Positions 1 through 10,534 are shown, numbered from the stretch's first letter. The stretch is 64,000 bases of DNA from an uncultured candidatus Porisulfidus sp. (GCA_965116025.1 OZ220480.1:1280001-1344000); one strand, 5' to 3'. Notes: generated by a model not told the origin, from the letters alone. Made by a program: numbers and translations.

Positions 1-1025
1 CGGTCCAACTCGATGTCGGTGATCGCCTCGCCTCCCTTGAGGCCCATGTAGTCCAACGCCGCTCTCATGCCGCCCGCGCGGGTCTCGTCCGCCGCTTCCT
101 CCGGGCGGGGGACGAAGGCGTCGACCGGCGCCACCATGTCCGGAGACGTGCCCCAGGTCACCTGGGGCGCCACCGCGTCCGCTCGCAACGTCACGGCGCG
201 CTCGAACGCGGCGTCATCGTCCGAGCGCAACGCGCGCCACTGCCGCTCGGCCGCTTCCTGGTCGGCGCCCTCCGGGGCGTAGGTCCGCCCACGGACGTAG
301 TCAAGAGTCACATCGTCGACCGCGACCAGGCCGGAGCGCGCGCCCGCCTCGATCGCCATATTGCACAAGGTCATGCGGCCCTCCATGCTCATCTCCTCGA
401 CCGCCCGCCCAGCGAACTCGATCGCGCAGCCCGCGCCGCCCGCCGCGCCCACGTTTCCGATCAGCGCCAGCGCCAGATCCTTGGCGCCGACGCCGGGCGC
501 GGGGCGCCCCTCCAGGCGCGCTAGCATGCCGGAAGGCTTTCGCGCTGGCAGGCATTGGGTGGCCAGGACGTGCTCCACTTGCGAGGTGCCGACGCCGAAC
601 GCCAATGCCGCTAGCGCGCCGTGCGTGGACGTGTGCGAATCGCCGCACACCACGGTCATGCCCGGCAGGGTGACGCCCTGCTCCGGACCGATCACGTGCA
701 CGATGCCTTGGCGCGGGTCCCCCATCCGGAACTCCAGCAGGCCGTATTCCGCGCAGTTGGCGTCCAGCGTCTCTATCTGGCGACGCGAGATCGGGTCCGG
801 AACGCTCCCGAGCCCTGGCTCGGTCGGGACGTTATGATCGGCGACCGCGATGACGCTGTCGGGTCGCCACGGAGCGCGGCCAGCCAGCCGCAACCCCGCG
901 AAAGCCTGCGGAGAGGTGACTTCATGGACCAAATGGCAGTCGATGTACAGCAGGGTGACGCCATCCTCGTCGACGCGCACCGCGTGCTCTTCCCAAAGCT
1001 TGTCGTGCAGGGTCCGTCCGGACAT
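1..1025 (-). CDS. leuC: 3-isopropylmalate dehydratase large subunit (5' part; runs off window start)
   Basis: Manual translation from ATG at 1025: [75 protein letters not shown]. Absent from the ORF track because there is no stop in the window. Confidence 0.95.
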   Translation of the reverse strand, partial: MSGRTLHDKLWEEHAVRVDEDGVTLLYIDCHLVHEVTSPQAFAGLRLAGRAPWRPDSVIAVADHNVPTEPGLGSVPDPISRRQIETLDANCAEYGLLEFRMGDPRQGIVHVIGPEQGVTLPGMTVVCGDSHTSTHGALAALAFGVGTSQVEHVLATQCLPARKPSGMLARLEGRPAPGVGAKDLALALIGNVGAAGGAGCAIEFAGRAVEEMSMEGRMTLCNMAIEAGARSGLVAVDDVTLDYVRGRTYAPEGADQEAAERQWRALRSDDDAAFERAVTLRADAVAPQVTWGTSPDMVAPVDAFVPRPEEAADETRAGGMRAALDYMGLKGGEAITDIELD

Positions 1026-1105
1026 GATCGTTCGTTTTCGCTACGCGCCTGATGCGAAAGCGATTATAGAGGACGGGGAGGAGCGCGGGGCGCTCTCGAG
1101 AGCGG

Positions 1106-1783
1106 CTACCGGGCGCTTTCCGAGCTGAATTCTGCTCGGGCCCCGGCCAGGCGCGCGGCGGTGCCGATGTCCGCCCACCGCCCGCGATATCGCTCGCCGC
1201 TCACCCGGCCGTCACGGATGGCGGCCCGCAGCAAGGGCGCTAGCGGAAAGCGTCCCGGCGCCTGTTCCTCGAACAGGCGGGGACGGTAGAAGCCAATCCC
1301 GGCGTACGTCAGGCGCGTCCCGGACGCTTCCCGAACTCGATCACCGTCAAGGCGAAAGTCTCCCTCTGGATGGTGCGCGGGGTTGTCGACCAGAATCAGG
1401 CGCGCGTCGTCGCCACCGGCCAGCGCCGGGAGAGAAAACCGGTAGTCAGCGCGCACGTCCGCGTTGACCACCCAGAACGGTTCCGGTCCCAGCAACGGAA
1501 GCGCTCGAAGGATTCCACCCCCGGTCTCCAGCGGAGGGGATGGTTCGGGCGAATAGCGAATCCGCACTCCGAACTCCTCCCCGTTTCCCAAGGCTTCCCG
1601 GATCTTTTCGCCTAGATGCGAAAGGTTGACGACCACGTTCTCGATTCCGGCGCTCCGCAGGGCCTGGAGGTGGCGCGCGATCAGGGTCTCTCCAGCGACC
1701 TCCAGCAAGGCTTTCGGGGTGGAGTCCGTCAGTGGGCGCAGGCGTTCCCCGCGTCCGGCCGCTAGAATCATGGCCGAGGGCAT
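1106..1783 (-). CDS. murU: N-acetylmuramate alpha-1-phosphate uridylyltransferase (nucleotidyltransferase)
   Basis: [19 protein letters not shown]-transferase motif, LETGGGI, WADIGT; directly downstream of amgK; start taken at MPSAMIL. Confidence 0.85.
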   Translation of the reverse strand: MPSAMILAAGRGERLRPLTDSTPKALLEVAGETLIARHLQALRSAGIENVVVNLSHLGEKIREALGNGEEFGVRIRYSPEPSPPLETGGGILRALPLLGPEPFWVVNADVRADYRFSLPALAGGDDARLILVDNPAHHPEGDFRLDGDRVREASGTRLTYAGIGFYRPRLFEEQAPGRFPLAPLLRAAIRDGRVSGERYRGRWADIGTAARLAGARAEFSSESAR

Positions 1784-1784
1784 G

Positions 1785-2765
1785 TCAGGGTTCCGGCAGT
1801 CGCGCCACCAGATCCGCAAGCGGGCGCAGCGAGGGGTGTTTGGCGCAGACGTCCTGGACGTAGCGCAGGACTCGCGGCACGTCCCGCAGAAAAGAAGGCT
1901 TGCCATCTCGGTGGCATAGGCGGGCGAAAATTCCGATCGCCTTCAGGTGGCGCTGGACCCCCATGCGGTCGAACCACTCCAGAAAGAGCGCGGAATCCAC
2001 GCTCGCGTCCAGAATTCCGCGCTGGCGCGCGCGCAGGCGGTATCGCTCCGCCCATCCGCGCGCCCGGACCTCGGGCCAGGCGATATAGCAGTCCCGTAGC
2101 AAGGAGACCAGATCGTAGGTGACGGGGCCCCACATCGCGTCCTGATGGTCCAGGATTCCCGGATTGGGGTCGGTGACCATCAGGTTCCGCGAATGGTAGT
2201 CGCGGTGCGTCACGACGCGCGGTTGCTCAAGCGCGTGGTCGATCAGCTCGCGCCACGTCTCCTCTAGCATGCTCCGGTCCTCCTCGCTGACGCTCCAGTC
2301 GAGGTGTCGGGCAAGATACCAGTCGGTGAATCGGTCGAGTTCCAGACGCAACTGCTTCTCGTCGTATAGCGGCAACGGACCGCGCGGCAACGCTTGGACG
2401 CGCAACAGGGCATCGATGGCGTCGCTATATAGAGAATCCGCGGATTCGTCGTTCAGGCGGGACAGGTACTGCTCGTCTCCAAGATCCTCGAGCAGAAGGA
2501 ATCCGTCCGTCTCGTTTTTCGCTCGGATCTCCGGGACGTGAACGTCCGCCTTTCGCAGGTGCGCGTTGACCGAAAGGAAAGCCTGTAGCGGCTCATTCTC
2601 GGGAGGGGCGTCCATCGCGATCCAGCTGCCTGCGCCAGCCGCGCCGCTCGTTCGGAAGTAACGCCGGAAGCTCGCGTCACCGGCCACCGGTCGTAACTCC
2701 AGCGCGGGGTCCTGCAGGATCTGGCGCGTCCAGTCCCGTAAACGCTCCCGCCTCGCATTTCCCAC
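1785..2765 (-). CDS. amgK: N-acetylmuramate/N-acetylglucosamine kinase (APH-like phosphotransferase)
   Basis: [45 protein letters not shown]; classic amgK-murU pair. Confidence 0.88.
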   Translation of the reverse strand: MGNARRERLRDWTRQILQDPALELRPVAGDASFRRYFRTSGAAGAGSWIAMDAPPENEPLQAFLSVNAHLRKADVHVPEIRAKNETDGFLLLEDLGDEQYLSRLNDESADSLYSDAIDALLRVQALPRGPLPLYDEKQLRLELDRFTDWYLARHLDWSVSEEDRSMLEETWRELIDHALEQPRVVTHRDYHSRNLMVTDPNPGILDHQDAMWGPVTYDLVSLLRDCYIAWPEVRARGWAERYRLRARQRGILDASVDSALFLEWFDRMGVQRHLKAIGIFARLCHRDGKPSFLRDVPRVLRYVQDVCAKHPSLRPLADLVARLPEP

Positions 2766-2906
2766 GGTTGATCCTTGTGTGGGTCCCGTTATAGTTTGCC
2801 CGGAGACATGGTCTTATCGTACTCGCTAATGATTTCGCTGGTGCGCCAGAATTCCTTAGGGTGTCGCTTGGTCTCGCCCAGCGTTAGATTTCACCGAGAG
2901 TCAGTC

Positions 2907-3662
2907 TTACTTTTCGGGAAACTCAGGGCGATTCAATCGCAGTATCTCGACCCAGTCTGACCCGAATTGCACCCACTTGAGAACACGTTTCACCTCAAGC
3001 ACATTCTTAGGTTTTCGGGTGATACGAAAGCACGTAGCACCTTCCGGTATTGGCTCGATAATGGTGAACTGCGAACCATGTGGTTGCCAAGTAAAGACAT
3101 GTCGAGCTCCATCGTATCCCTCTAGGTTTTGACGGTTATTCACTTTCCACTGATAGTTGTTGACTACTATTGGGGTAATCGGGCACTCAAAAATGGTGAA
3201 TTCTTGTGTTTCCATGTTTCTTGCCAAAGCCACAAGCCGCGTATCTTTATGATCCGATTTAGCCTTCTCAATCCGGTTGTTGTAAATGTCCAGCACAGAT
3301 TGTCCTGTAGCCTGAACGTTAGCGAAAGGATCATTGATGCCGGACGAGTATGACGGACTGTTGCGCCCGCTTATCAATCTGATAGTTTTCGCTTTGTGGG
3401 GATTGTTGTTCTTGACTGTTTTGACGGACCAGCAACAGCCGTTCCATGCAACATCAGCAATCCCAATAGGTCTCTCGAAAGATACCCCGGAAATGGAATC
3501 AGCGAATATTTGGCTCCATTCGTCGCCAGTCATATCGATCCTGCCCAAGGCTTTCAGGTGGACGATTCGCCCGCAAATTTCTTCAATAACCGAATCTGGA
3601 AATTCGTTTATGGGATAAGGCTCATGTTTCGTGACTCCGTCCCGCGTCTTGACTTGCCGCAC
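2907..3662 (-). CDS. putative type II restriction endonuclease
   Basis: 251 aa, low GC, overlaps the end of the m5C MTase; candidate PD-(D/E)xK-like segment IADVAWNGCCWSVKTVK. Confidence 0.65.
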   Translation of the reverse strand: MRQVKTRDGVTKHEPYPINEFPDSVIEEICGRIVHLKALGRIDMTGDEWSQIFADSISGVSFERPIGIADVAWNGCCWSVKTVKNNNPHKAKTIRLISGRNSPSYSSGINDPFANVQATGQSVLDIYNNRIEKAKSDHKDTRLVALARNMETQEFTIFECPITPIVVNNYQWKVNNRQNLEGYDGARHVFTWQPHGSQFTIIEPIPEGATCFRITRKPKNVLEVKRVLKWVQFGSDWVEILRLNRPEFPEK

Positions 3663-4605
3663 TCATCACCTCCCGAATTACTGCTCGCACCATCGGAACG
3701 GGTACGGCATTTCCTGTTTGCTTCCGTATTTGTGCATCATTGCAAACATTCTTGAAACTCTCTGGAAAGCCCTGCAGGCGCAATTGCTCGCGTGGCGTTA
3801 GCCTGCGCTCACCATTAACTAGCAGGTAATTGTAACTGGCGTTCGCGCGCAGGGCACAGGAATATGGGTGAGAGCTGATATTGCCGCCCTTGTTCTCGTG
3901 CCATACTGAAGGCGTGACTTTGGGCGTGTGGTCCGCCCATCGCTTGCTCTTGATTCTCGCGCTTACGTAGTAGCGTTTTTCTGGATTTTTCTCTAGTATT
4001 CGCGCTAGCGGCGCGCGCTTCGCGCTAATATCAGGCCATTGATAGCGGTCAATGGCATCGCTGTCCTGAAATCCGACCAGTATGATTCGCTCTCGCTTTT
4101 GCGGCAAGCCGAAATCCAGGGCGTTCAGGATGCGCCACTCGCAATCGTAGCCTAGCGAGGCGAGACCTCGCGAAATCTCTTTGAGCGGCTTGCCTTGGGC
4201 TATGGTGGCGAACTGGCGCACGTTCTCCAAAACTAAAGCTCTTGGCCGCTTGGTGTCGAGCACGCGCAAGATTTCATGGAACAGCGTTCCTCGCTTGTCG
4301 CGCAGGCCATTCATGTCGCCAATGATCGAGAAAGGCTGGCAGGGAAAGCCTGCGAAAAGAATGTCGTGATCCGGCACGTCCTCCGCATTGACCCGGGTGA
4401 TGTCGGCCGCTGGGTCGATGCCGAAGTTTTCCCGGTACTGCTCTCGGCACGAGTCGTCGATATCGCAAGCGAATACGCACCGTAGTCCCAAGTCGTGAGC
4501 GGCTAGGTGAAACCCGCCAATCCCGCAGAACAGGTCCGCGAACGTTTCTATGCTCGCGCTCACTGGTGCCTCGGAGATATCTGGCTGAATTTTCAACTCA
4601 GTCAT
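3622..4605 (-). CDS. DNA (cytosine-5)-methyltransferase
   Basis: Motifs DLFCGIGG, GFPCQPFS, LENV, PQKRERI, RRLTPRE..RLQGFP, KQTGNAV. Confidence 0.95.
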   Translation of the reverse strand: MTELKIQPDISEAPVSASIETFADLFCGIGGFHLAAHDLGLRCVFACDIDDSCREQYRENFGIDPAADITRVNAEDVPDHDILFAGFPCQPFSIIGDMNGLRDKRGTLFHEILRVLDTKRPRALVLENVRQFATIAQGKPLKEISRGLASLGYDCEWRILNALDFGLPQKRERIILVGFQDSDAIDRYQWPDISAKRAPLARILEKNPEKRYYVSARIKSKRWADHTPKVTPSVWHENKGGNISSHPYSCALRANASYNYLLVNGERRLTPREQLRLQGFPESFKNVCNDAQIRKQTGNAVPVPMVRAVIREVMSAASQDAGRSHET

Positions 4606-5568
4606 TCCTCCACTCCTCGTGCTGGGGACTCTACCAGCAGATTCGTGACGAGATGAATCATCGCATTCTTGCTCTTTGGCGCGCTCTCGGCGATCAACAG
4701 CGTGAGCGCGGTCAACGTCCGGGCATCAAGGCGGTGCTCCATGCCTTCCTGCGCCAAGTAGAGCAGGAATAGGAGAGCGCCGATCCGCTTGTTGCCATCG
4801 GTGAAAGGGTGGTCCTTGACGATGAAGTAAAGAAGGTGCGCTGCCTTCTCCTCACGGCTACGGTAGAGCGATTCGCCCAGCATGGTCTGCTCAATGCTCG
4901 CGAGGATGGACTCCAAGGCATTGTCTTGTTGCTTGCCGAAGAGCGACGATGCCTCGCCTCTCGTCGCGAGATCGCGTTTCAACGTCTCAATCGCGTGGAC
5001 CGCGCGGTCCGCGTCAAGTGCGCCAATCGCCGGTTGCGCGCTGGACGGTTTGTCCAGCCGGTTCTCGTCGTATTCTAGAAGAAGGCGCCATGTGCTAGCG
5101 TAGCCCGCGATAAGGTCGAGGGCGACCTTGTCGGTGGTGTTCATCAGCGGCTGGTTCCGTAGGGTTGGGGCCAGGCGACCAAGCGTTTCGCCAATCACCG
5201 CTCGTTCAGCGTATGGCCGCGGGCGAAATGCTCGCGTAGCAGATGGATCGCCCATTGTCGGAAGTGTGCGCCGCGTTCCGATTAACTCGGTCGCTGACGA
5301 AAATAAGAGCACTTAGGGTGTCGTGCCAGACGCAACGCTGGACCCTCCTCTCGCCTTCAGTTTGCCCTACCAAAAAACCCTCGGTTGTTGCTCCAGTAAA
5401 CCACCCGCTATCGCCGCAAATATTTTTCAGATGAAGCCCCACGTTATCGGCTGACGTATCAAACTCCTCCGCCATTTGACACCGCGTTAGCCAGATGCTC
5501 TCGCGTTCTAAGCGCGAACCCACTCGCGCGTCACCGCCTAGACTTGCGATCAGGATATCACCAGTCAT
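4602..5568 (-). pseudogene. RhuM-Fic/Doc fusion, frameshifted; C-terminal Fic/Doc domain intact
   Basis: RhuM-like N-terminus (IWLT..QMAE.F.T...NVGLHLKNI) in ORF 5206..5568; ERGAHFRQWA..LREHFARGHTLN in a second frame; Fic motif HPFTDGNKRIG in ORF 4602..5312. Confidence 0.8.
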
Positions 5569-5655
5569 GGGGGCTCGCTTTATCGCTCCAAAGCCCGACG
5601 GCCAGAGCGAGGATGAACGCCCCGACCATCGACACGATCACGATGTCCGCGTCCG

Positions 5656-6057
5656 TCATGGAGTAGGGCAGGCGATCTTCTGTTCATATCGGAGACATTC
5701 GAGTAGGATCGCCCCCGGCGGCTCCACACAGCCCGCGTCCACAATCTCCGGGGCGTTCCGCCAATTCGCCACGCCCTGTTCTCTACATAACTGTTTCATC
5801 TCCTTCTCGTAATACCTGGTGGAACCCAAGTAGTAACGAAATCCGGCTCCTGTTTCGTAGTGAGAACGCGTTGGCCAGATTTCCCTACGGATCATCACGG
5901 GACCGAATAGCCAATACCGCTTTCCGATTATCTTCGTATGGACGGACGGGGTATCGTCGTGAACATGTCTAGGCTCGATGTCGCTACCTTTCCGCCACGG
6001 ATGCGCTCCCGCGCTCCCCGCGACCGAGACGGCCAAAGCGAATAGCAACGCTCTCAT
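5656..6057 (-). CDS. hypothetical secreted protein
   Basis: 133 aa with signal peptide MRALLFALAVSVAGSAGA and 4 C-terminal Cys. Confidence 0.55.
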   Translation of the reverse strand: MRALLFALAVSVAGSAGAHPWRKGSDIEPRHVHDDTPSVHTKIIGKRYWLFGPVMIRREIWPTRSHYETGAGFRYYLGSTRYYEKEMKQLCREQGVANWRNAPEIVDAGCVEPPGAILLECLRYEQKIACPTP

Positions 6058-6243
6058 TTTGCGTCTTCCCGCGTTGCCAGTTTCGCGACTGCATCGAGGA
6101 GATATCGGATCAGTTGATCGTATGAGAGAGACGCGACGGGGTGGCCTTGCTCCCGCGCCGCGTCTCTGGCCTCCGATAGGCTTTTCATGTCTTGTCCGAG
6201 ACGCGGATCGTCTTGTACGTTCGTTTCTTCATGCAGTCTCCCG

Positions 6244-6627
6244 TCAATGTAGCATGCTTGGGCAGAAGGCAGGGGAGTCGGGATAATTCCGTTCGAGGAT
6301 GTCCTCCTCCTCCTCCCGTTCGATGGCCTTGCTCTCCTCGTCTGTCAGGTACAAAGCGCAGACGCGACCAAGCGCGCGCGACAGATGATATTCGAGATTA
6401 AAGTTCCGATCGGACGCGCGCTCCCACTCCAAGTCGTCCTCAATAGTGTCCGCGATCCCGCGAACAACGTAGTCCGTCACGTCCATGTCGTCGCGCATCT
6501 TCGCTTCCGCGTGCGCCTTTCCCCACGCCTCGAACGAGGCCTCGATGTCCGCCTTCAACTTCCGATTCCAAACGGGATCGTCTGGCTTGGCCGTCGCAAG
6601 TCGTTTCCAATCTCTATCTGTCATCAT
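6244..6627 (-). CDS. hypothetical acidic protein
   Basis: 127 aa, protein-like composition, GGAG RBS upstream; no recognised motif. Confidence 0.55.
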   Translation of the reverse strand: MMTDRDWKRLATAKPDDPVWNRKLKADIEASFEAWGKAHAEAKMRDDMDVTDYVVRGIADTIEDDLEWERASDRNFNLEYHLSRALGRVCALYLTDEESKAIEREEEEDILERNYPDSPAFCPSMLH

Positions 6628-6808
6628 GTCATCGTCTCCAAAATCGAGAGGGGGAACGGCTCAAACATTTCCCCTCCCAGTGTAGCGGCTAGTCCTTCGT
6701 CGAACGTCCATCCTCACGCGGCCATGCGTTCCGCACCGGTTCTCCGTCAACCTGTTTCCGCTCGTTTGGCATAGTTACCGCCATCATAATACAGCCTCGA
6801 ATTATTTA

Positions 6809-8275
6809 GTCGTTGCTGAAGTATCCGCCTCCGGTCATGCGGGACGGAGAGAAAATCGCCTCGAGAGGCCGAGCGTCCGGCCTCGGAGGAGAAATTCCCG
6901 GAATTTTCTCCAGGCGCGGGAAAACCCGGCCAGAAGCTTGGCGAAGTTGTACCCGGCCGCCGCCAGAACCGCGTTGGCGCGGTCGCCGGAGCGGCCTTTC
7001 AGCCGATTCCGATGCAGCCGGTGATCCGATTTCAGATGGCCGATGGTCGGCTCGATCGCCGCCCGCCGCTTCATCCACTTCCGCGCCGTTCGGGTCGCCG
7101 TCTTCGGGATCTTCCCCACCACATGCGCCCGCGTCTCTCCCGACACCCCGTGCCCCCGATACCCCTGGTCGCAGTAGACCCGCTTCGGCCGCTGGCCCGC
7201 CAGCCGCTCGATCCGCTCCAGCGCGGCGGCCAGCGTGTGCCCGTCATACGGGTTCCCCGCCAGACTCATCGCCGACACCAGCCAGTTCCCCTTCGAGGTC
7301 GTCGCGAACGAGACCTTGCACCCGAACTCGTAACGCCGATGCGGCTTGCCCTTGGCGACGCGCTCCACCTCCGGCGCATGCACGCTGTACAGCTTGCCCT
7401 TGTCCTCGCGCTTCTGTTTCAGCAGGCGCTCGGATCGCTCCAGCAGCGTCTCCAGCGCCGCGTCCGGGCTCGGAACCTTCCGCCGAATGTCCCGCACCAC
7501 CCGCCCGAGCATGGTCTTCAAGGCGCGCGTCTGGCGCGCCGCGCGCTTCATCTGGCGCGCGTACCCATAACGCCCGCACAGGATCAGCGCCTTCTTCCCG
7601 ACCCGCTGGTAGCTCTGCCGCAGAGCCACGCCGCGCTTCCGCGCCTCCCGAACCAGCGCCGCCCGCGCCTTGTGATACAGCCGCGCGTCGGTCGGGAACG
7701 CCACCGCCTTCTCCTGCACCGTCGTGTCCACGTTCACCCGCTCCAGCTCGCGCGCGCCCATGAGCCCTTCCCGCCGCGCCACCCGGATCGTCTGCGTCAG
7801 CAAGCAGTCCAGGCGCTCCCCCACTCGCTCGCGCCAGCGCGTCATGCTGCTCGAGTGCAGAGGCGCCTTCATCTGCATGCGCTCATAACCGCAGAACGCC
7901 TGCCAGTACGGGTTCTGCCGCCAGATCTCGACCACCCGCTCGTCGCTCATGTCATGCGCGTACTTCAGAAAGTGGAGACCCGCCATCAGCCGGGTCGGCA
8001 ACGGCGGCTGTCCTGGTCCAGGAGCGTGCAGGCCGCCGAGCTCCTCCTCCATCTCCTCCCAGTCGATCTTCTCGCCCAGAATCAGCAGGGGCTCCTTCGG
8101 GTCCAGCATCTGGGACAGGCGGGCGCGGAACAGGTCGGCGTGAGTATCGGGCTTCTTCGGTTTCATGTTTCGCAAGGAATCGGCGCTCAAGCGCGGGAAA
8201 ACTTGCGATGCAGCATACCCGAAAACTGATTCTATGTCAAGTGATTCAAACAGTTAGGAATACTTCAGCAACGAC
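6809..8275 (-). mobile_element. IS5-family insertion sequence, complete
   Basis: Perfect 16-bp TIRs GTCGTTGCTGAAGTAT (6809-6824) and ATACTTCAGCAACGAC (8260-8275); direct repeat TATTTA at 6803-6808 and 8276-8281. Confidence 0.92.
6835..8190 (-). CDS. IS5-family DDE transposase
   Basis: VNVDTTVQEKAVAFPTD, KLYSVHAPEV, YEFGCKVS, GNPYDGHTL, CDQGYRG, RRAAIEPTIGHLKSDHRL. Confidence 0.95.
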   Translation of the reverse strand: MSADSLRNMKPKKPDTHADLFRARLSQMLDPKEPLLILGEKIDWEEMEEELGGLHAPGPGQPPLPTRLMAGLHFLKYAHDMSDERVVEIWRQNPYWQAFCGYERMQMKAPLHSSSMTRWRERVGERLDCLLTQTIRVARREGLMGARELERVNVDTTVQEKAVAFPTDARLYHKARAALVREARKRGVALRQSYQRVGKKALILCGRYGYARQMKRAARQTRALKTMLGRVVRDIRRKVPSPDAALETLLERSERLLKQKREDKGKLYSVHAPEVERVAKGKPHRRYEFGCKVSFATTSKGNWLVSAMSLAGNPYDGHTLAAALERIERLAGQRPKRVYCDQGYRGHGVSGETRAHVVGKIPKTATRTARKWMKRRAAIEPTIGHLKSDHRLHRNRLKGRSGDRANAVLAAAGYNFAKLLAGFSRAWRKFREFLLRGRTLGLSRRFSLRPA

Positions 8276-8442
8276 TATTTATATTCTATTCGTATTCGCG
8301 AACGCGATTTGGGTGCGGCTTTTCACTCCAGTTTTTAAGATTCTGGCGCGAGGGAGTGTCGAAATCTCGAGCGGACAATGCCCCTATGATATTGGAGATT
8401 ACCCAAATAAGGCACTAAAATGCTCATTATGGGTATCTCGCT

Positions 8443-9081
8443 ATGAGTTCGGCTATTCGCGAAATGGTCACGGAAAGTCCAGGCGTTCCCATTGGCCTTG
8501 CCGACGCCTTGTTCGCCAAAACCCGGAAGAAAGTTTTGGCGCTCCTTTTTGGGCAACCGGAGCGAAGCTTCTATACCAAGGAGCTTATCGCGCTGGTTGG
8601 TTCCGGCTCTGGGGCGGTGCAGCGAGAGCTGCGACGCTTGACTTCCAGTGGATTGGCCAAGATGACTCCCATCGGAACGAGGAAGCACTACCGGGCGAAT
8701 CCCGATTGCCCCGTGTATGCCGAGCTCGTTGGTCTCATGCGGAAGACGGTCGCGGTGGCGGAACCGATCCGCCACGCGCTGAATCCGATCGCCAGTCGCG
8801 TCAGGCTCGCCATGATCTACGGTTCCGTCGCGCGGGGCGCGGATACGGCGGCCAGCGATATCGATCTGCTCGTCGTCGCTGACGACCTGACTCTGGAGGA
8901 GGTCTACGCCGCGCTCGCTCCAGTCGAGGCGCGCTTGGGCCGCAAGATCAGTCCCGCGCTGTATACGCGGCGGGAATTCGACGCTCGCCGGTCGTCCGGG
9001 AATTCTTTCCTGTCCAGAGTATTCGCGAGCGAGCGTTTGGTTATTGTTGGAGAGGAAGGTAGCGCGTCCGCGGCTGGATAA
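8443..9081 (+). CDS. wHTH + minimal nucleotidyltransferase (MNT antitoxin-like regulator)
   Basis: N-terminal HTH (SGAVQRELRRL); Pol-beta motif YGSVARG.DTAASDIDLLVV. Confidence 0.85.
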   Translation: MSSAIREMVTESPGVPIGLADALFAKTRKKVLALLFGQPERSFYTKELIALVGSGSGAVQRELRRLTSSGLAKMTPIGTRKHYRANPDCPVYAELVGLMRKTVAVAEPIRHALNPIASRVRLAMIYGSVARGADTAASDIDLLVVADDLTLEEVYAALAPVEARLGRKISPALYTRREFDARRSSGNSFLSRVFASERLVIVGEEGSASAAG

Positions 9082-9253
9082 TCTGGCGCGGGTAAGGAAA
9101 CTCGAAACTCAAGTGCGGAGCTACCCGTCGCGGGAGAAGTCTTCGCGCGAGCGAGGGATTGATCCGCCGCGGTAAGGGGCCACTTTGACAAATCAGTTAC
9201 AATACGCGCCTGGCGAGGCCCTGGGCGTCGCCGCGCTTATCGAGGAAATCCGA

Positions 9254-9460
9254 ATGGCTGTCCAGAAAAGCCGAAAGAGTCGCTCCAAGCGCGACATGCG
9301 TCGCTCGCACCATGCGCTGAAAAGCGCCACGGTGTCGGAGGATCCGCGCACGGGCACGCGCCACCGCCGGCACCACATCGCCGCCGACGGCTATTACCGG
9401 GGCCGAAAGATTCTCGAGGTCAAGCAACCGAAGAAAGACCCGGTCGAAACGGAAACCTGA
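9254..9460 (+). CDS. rpmF: 50S ribosomal protein L32
   Basis: [33 protein letters not shown]; GAGG RBS before ATG 9254. Confidence 0.95.
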   Translation: MAVQKSRKSRSKRDMRRSHHALKSATVSEDPRTGTRHRRHHIAADGYYRGRKILEVKQPKKDPVETET

Positions 9461-9496
9461 CCGGGCTTCCGCCTCCGCCGCCGCGCGGATCCGCAC

Positions 9497-10534
9497 ATGA
9501 CCGACGACGTCACCATCGCGCTGGATGTGATGGGCGGCGACCATGGCGTGGACAGCGCGTTGCCGGCCGCGGTCTCCCGGCTCAAGGCCGATCCGGACCT
9601 GCGTCTGATCCTGGTTGGCGACGAGCCTCTGATCCGCGAGCGGCTTCGGACGCTGGATCCGGCGTCGGAGGACCGCTTGCTCGTGCATCACGCCTCGGAG
9701 CGGATCGAGATGGGCGAGCCTCCTCTGCAGGCGTTGCGCGGAAAGCCGGACTCGTCGATGCGGGTCGGTCTCAATCTGTTGCGCGACGGAGAGGCGCAGG
9801 CGTTCGTGAGCGCTGGCAACACTGGCGCCTTGGTGGCGCTGTCTCATTTCGTGGTGCGGATGCTTCCGGGAATCGATCGTCCCGCCATCCAGTCGACCGT
9901 TCCGTCTCTGGAGGGGAGCACGCACGTGCTGGACCTGGGCGGCAACGTGGACTCGCGCGCGGAGCATCTCCTGCAGTTCGCCGTGATGGGGTCCGTGCTT
10001 TCGCAAGTGCTCGACGACAAGGAGCGGCCCCGGGTCGGATTGCTTAACGTCGGCGAGGAGAACATCAAGGGCAACCGCCAAGTGCAGGAGGCGAACGCCC
10101 TGTTGCGCGAGAGCCGGCTGAACTATATCGGCTATGTCGAGGGCGACGACATTTACTGTGGAGACGTCGACGTCGTGGTGTGCGACGGTTTCGTCGGCAA
10201 CATTTCGCTGAAGACCACCGAGGGCGTGGCTCGGATGCTGATCACGTTCCTCAAGGAGGAGTTCCAGCGCAACCTTTACCGACGCGCGGCGATGGCCATG
10301 TCCGCGCCGATTCTCACGGGATTCCGCCGTCTTTTCGATCCGCGCCGCTATAATGGAGCCAGCCTGCTGGGCCTTCGTCACGTGGTTATCAAGAGTCACG
10401 GAAGCGCCGACGCGTTCGCGTTCGAGCAGGCCATCGTCCGCGCGCAGCAGGAGGCGCGCCGGGATCTGCCGATGCGGATAGACCGGAACATCGACACCTT
10501 GCTGGCCGGTCGCGCCGAAACGAACGAATCATGA
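9497..10534 (+). CDS. plsX: phosphate acyltransferase
   Basis: IALDVMGGDHG, SAGNTGA, GIDRPAI, VVVCDGFVGN, KSHGSAD. Confidence 0.96.
   Translation: MTDDVTIALDVMGGDHGVDSALPAAVSRLKADPDLRLILVGDEPLIRERLRTLDPASEDRLLVHHASERIEMGEPPLQALRGKPDSSMRVGLNLLRDGEAQAFVSAGNTGALVALSHFVVRMLPGIDRPAIQSTVPSLEGSTHVLDLGGNVDSRAEHLLQFAVMGSVLSQVLDDKERPRVGLLNVGEENIKGNRQVQEANALLRESRLNYIGYVEGDDIYCGDVDVVVCDGFVGNISLKTTEGVARMLITFLKEEFQRNLYRRAAMAMSAPILTGFRRLFDPRRYNGASLLGLRHVVIKSHGSADAFAFEQAIVRAQQEARRDLPMRIDRNIDTLLAGRAETNES

Noticed and set aside
67-1128. Several short ORFs at the window start
   Set aside because: All are shadows of leuC on the minus strand
6813-8229. Plus-strand ORFs of 316 and 405 aa
   Set aside because: Antisense to the IS5 transposase; low-complexity Arg/Pro/Ala composition
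9185-9203. TTGACA and TACAAT upstream of rpmF; ORF-track TTG start at 9185
   Set aside because: Only 7 bp between the boxes; the L32 start is ATG 9254
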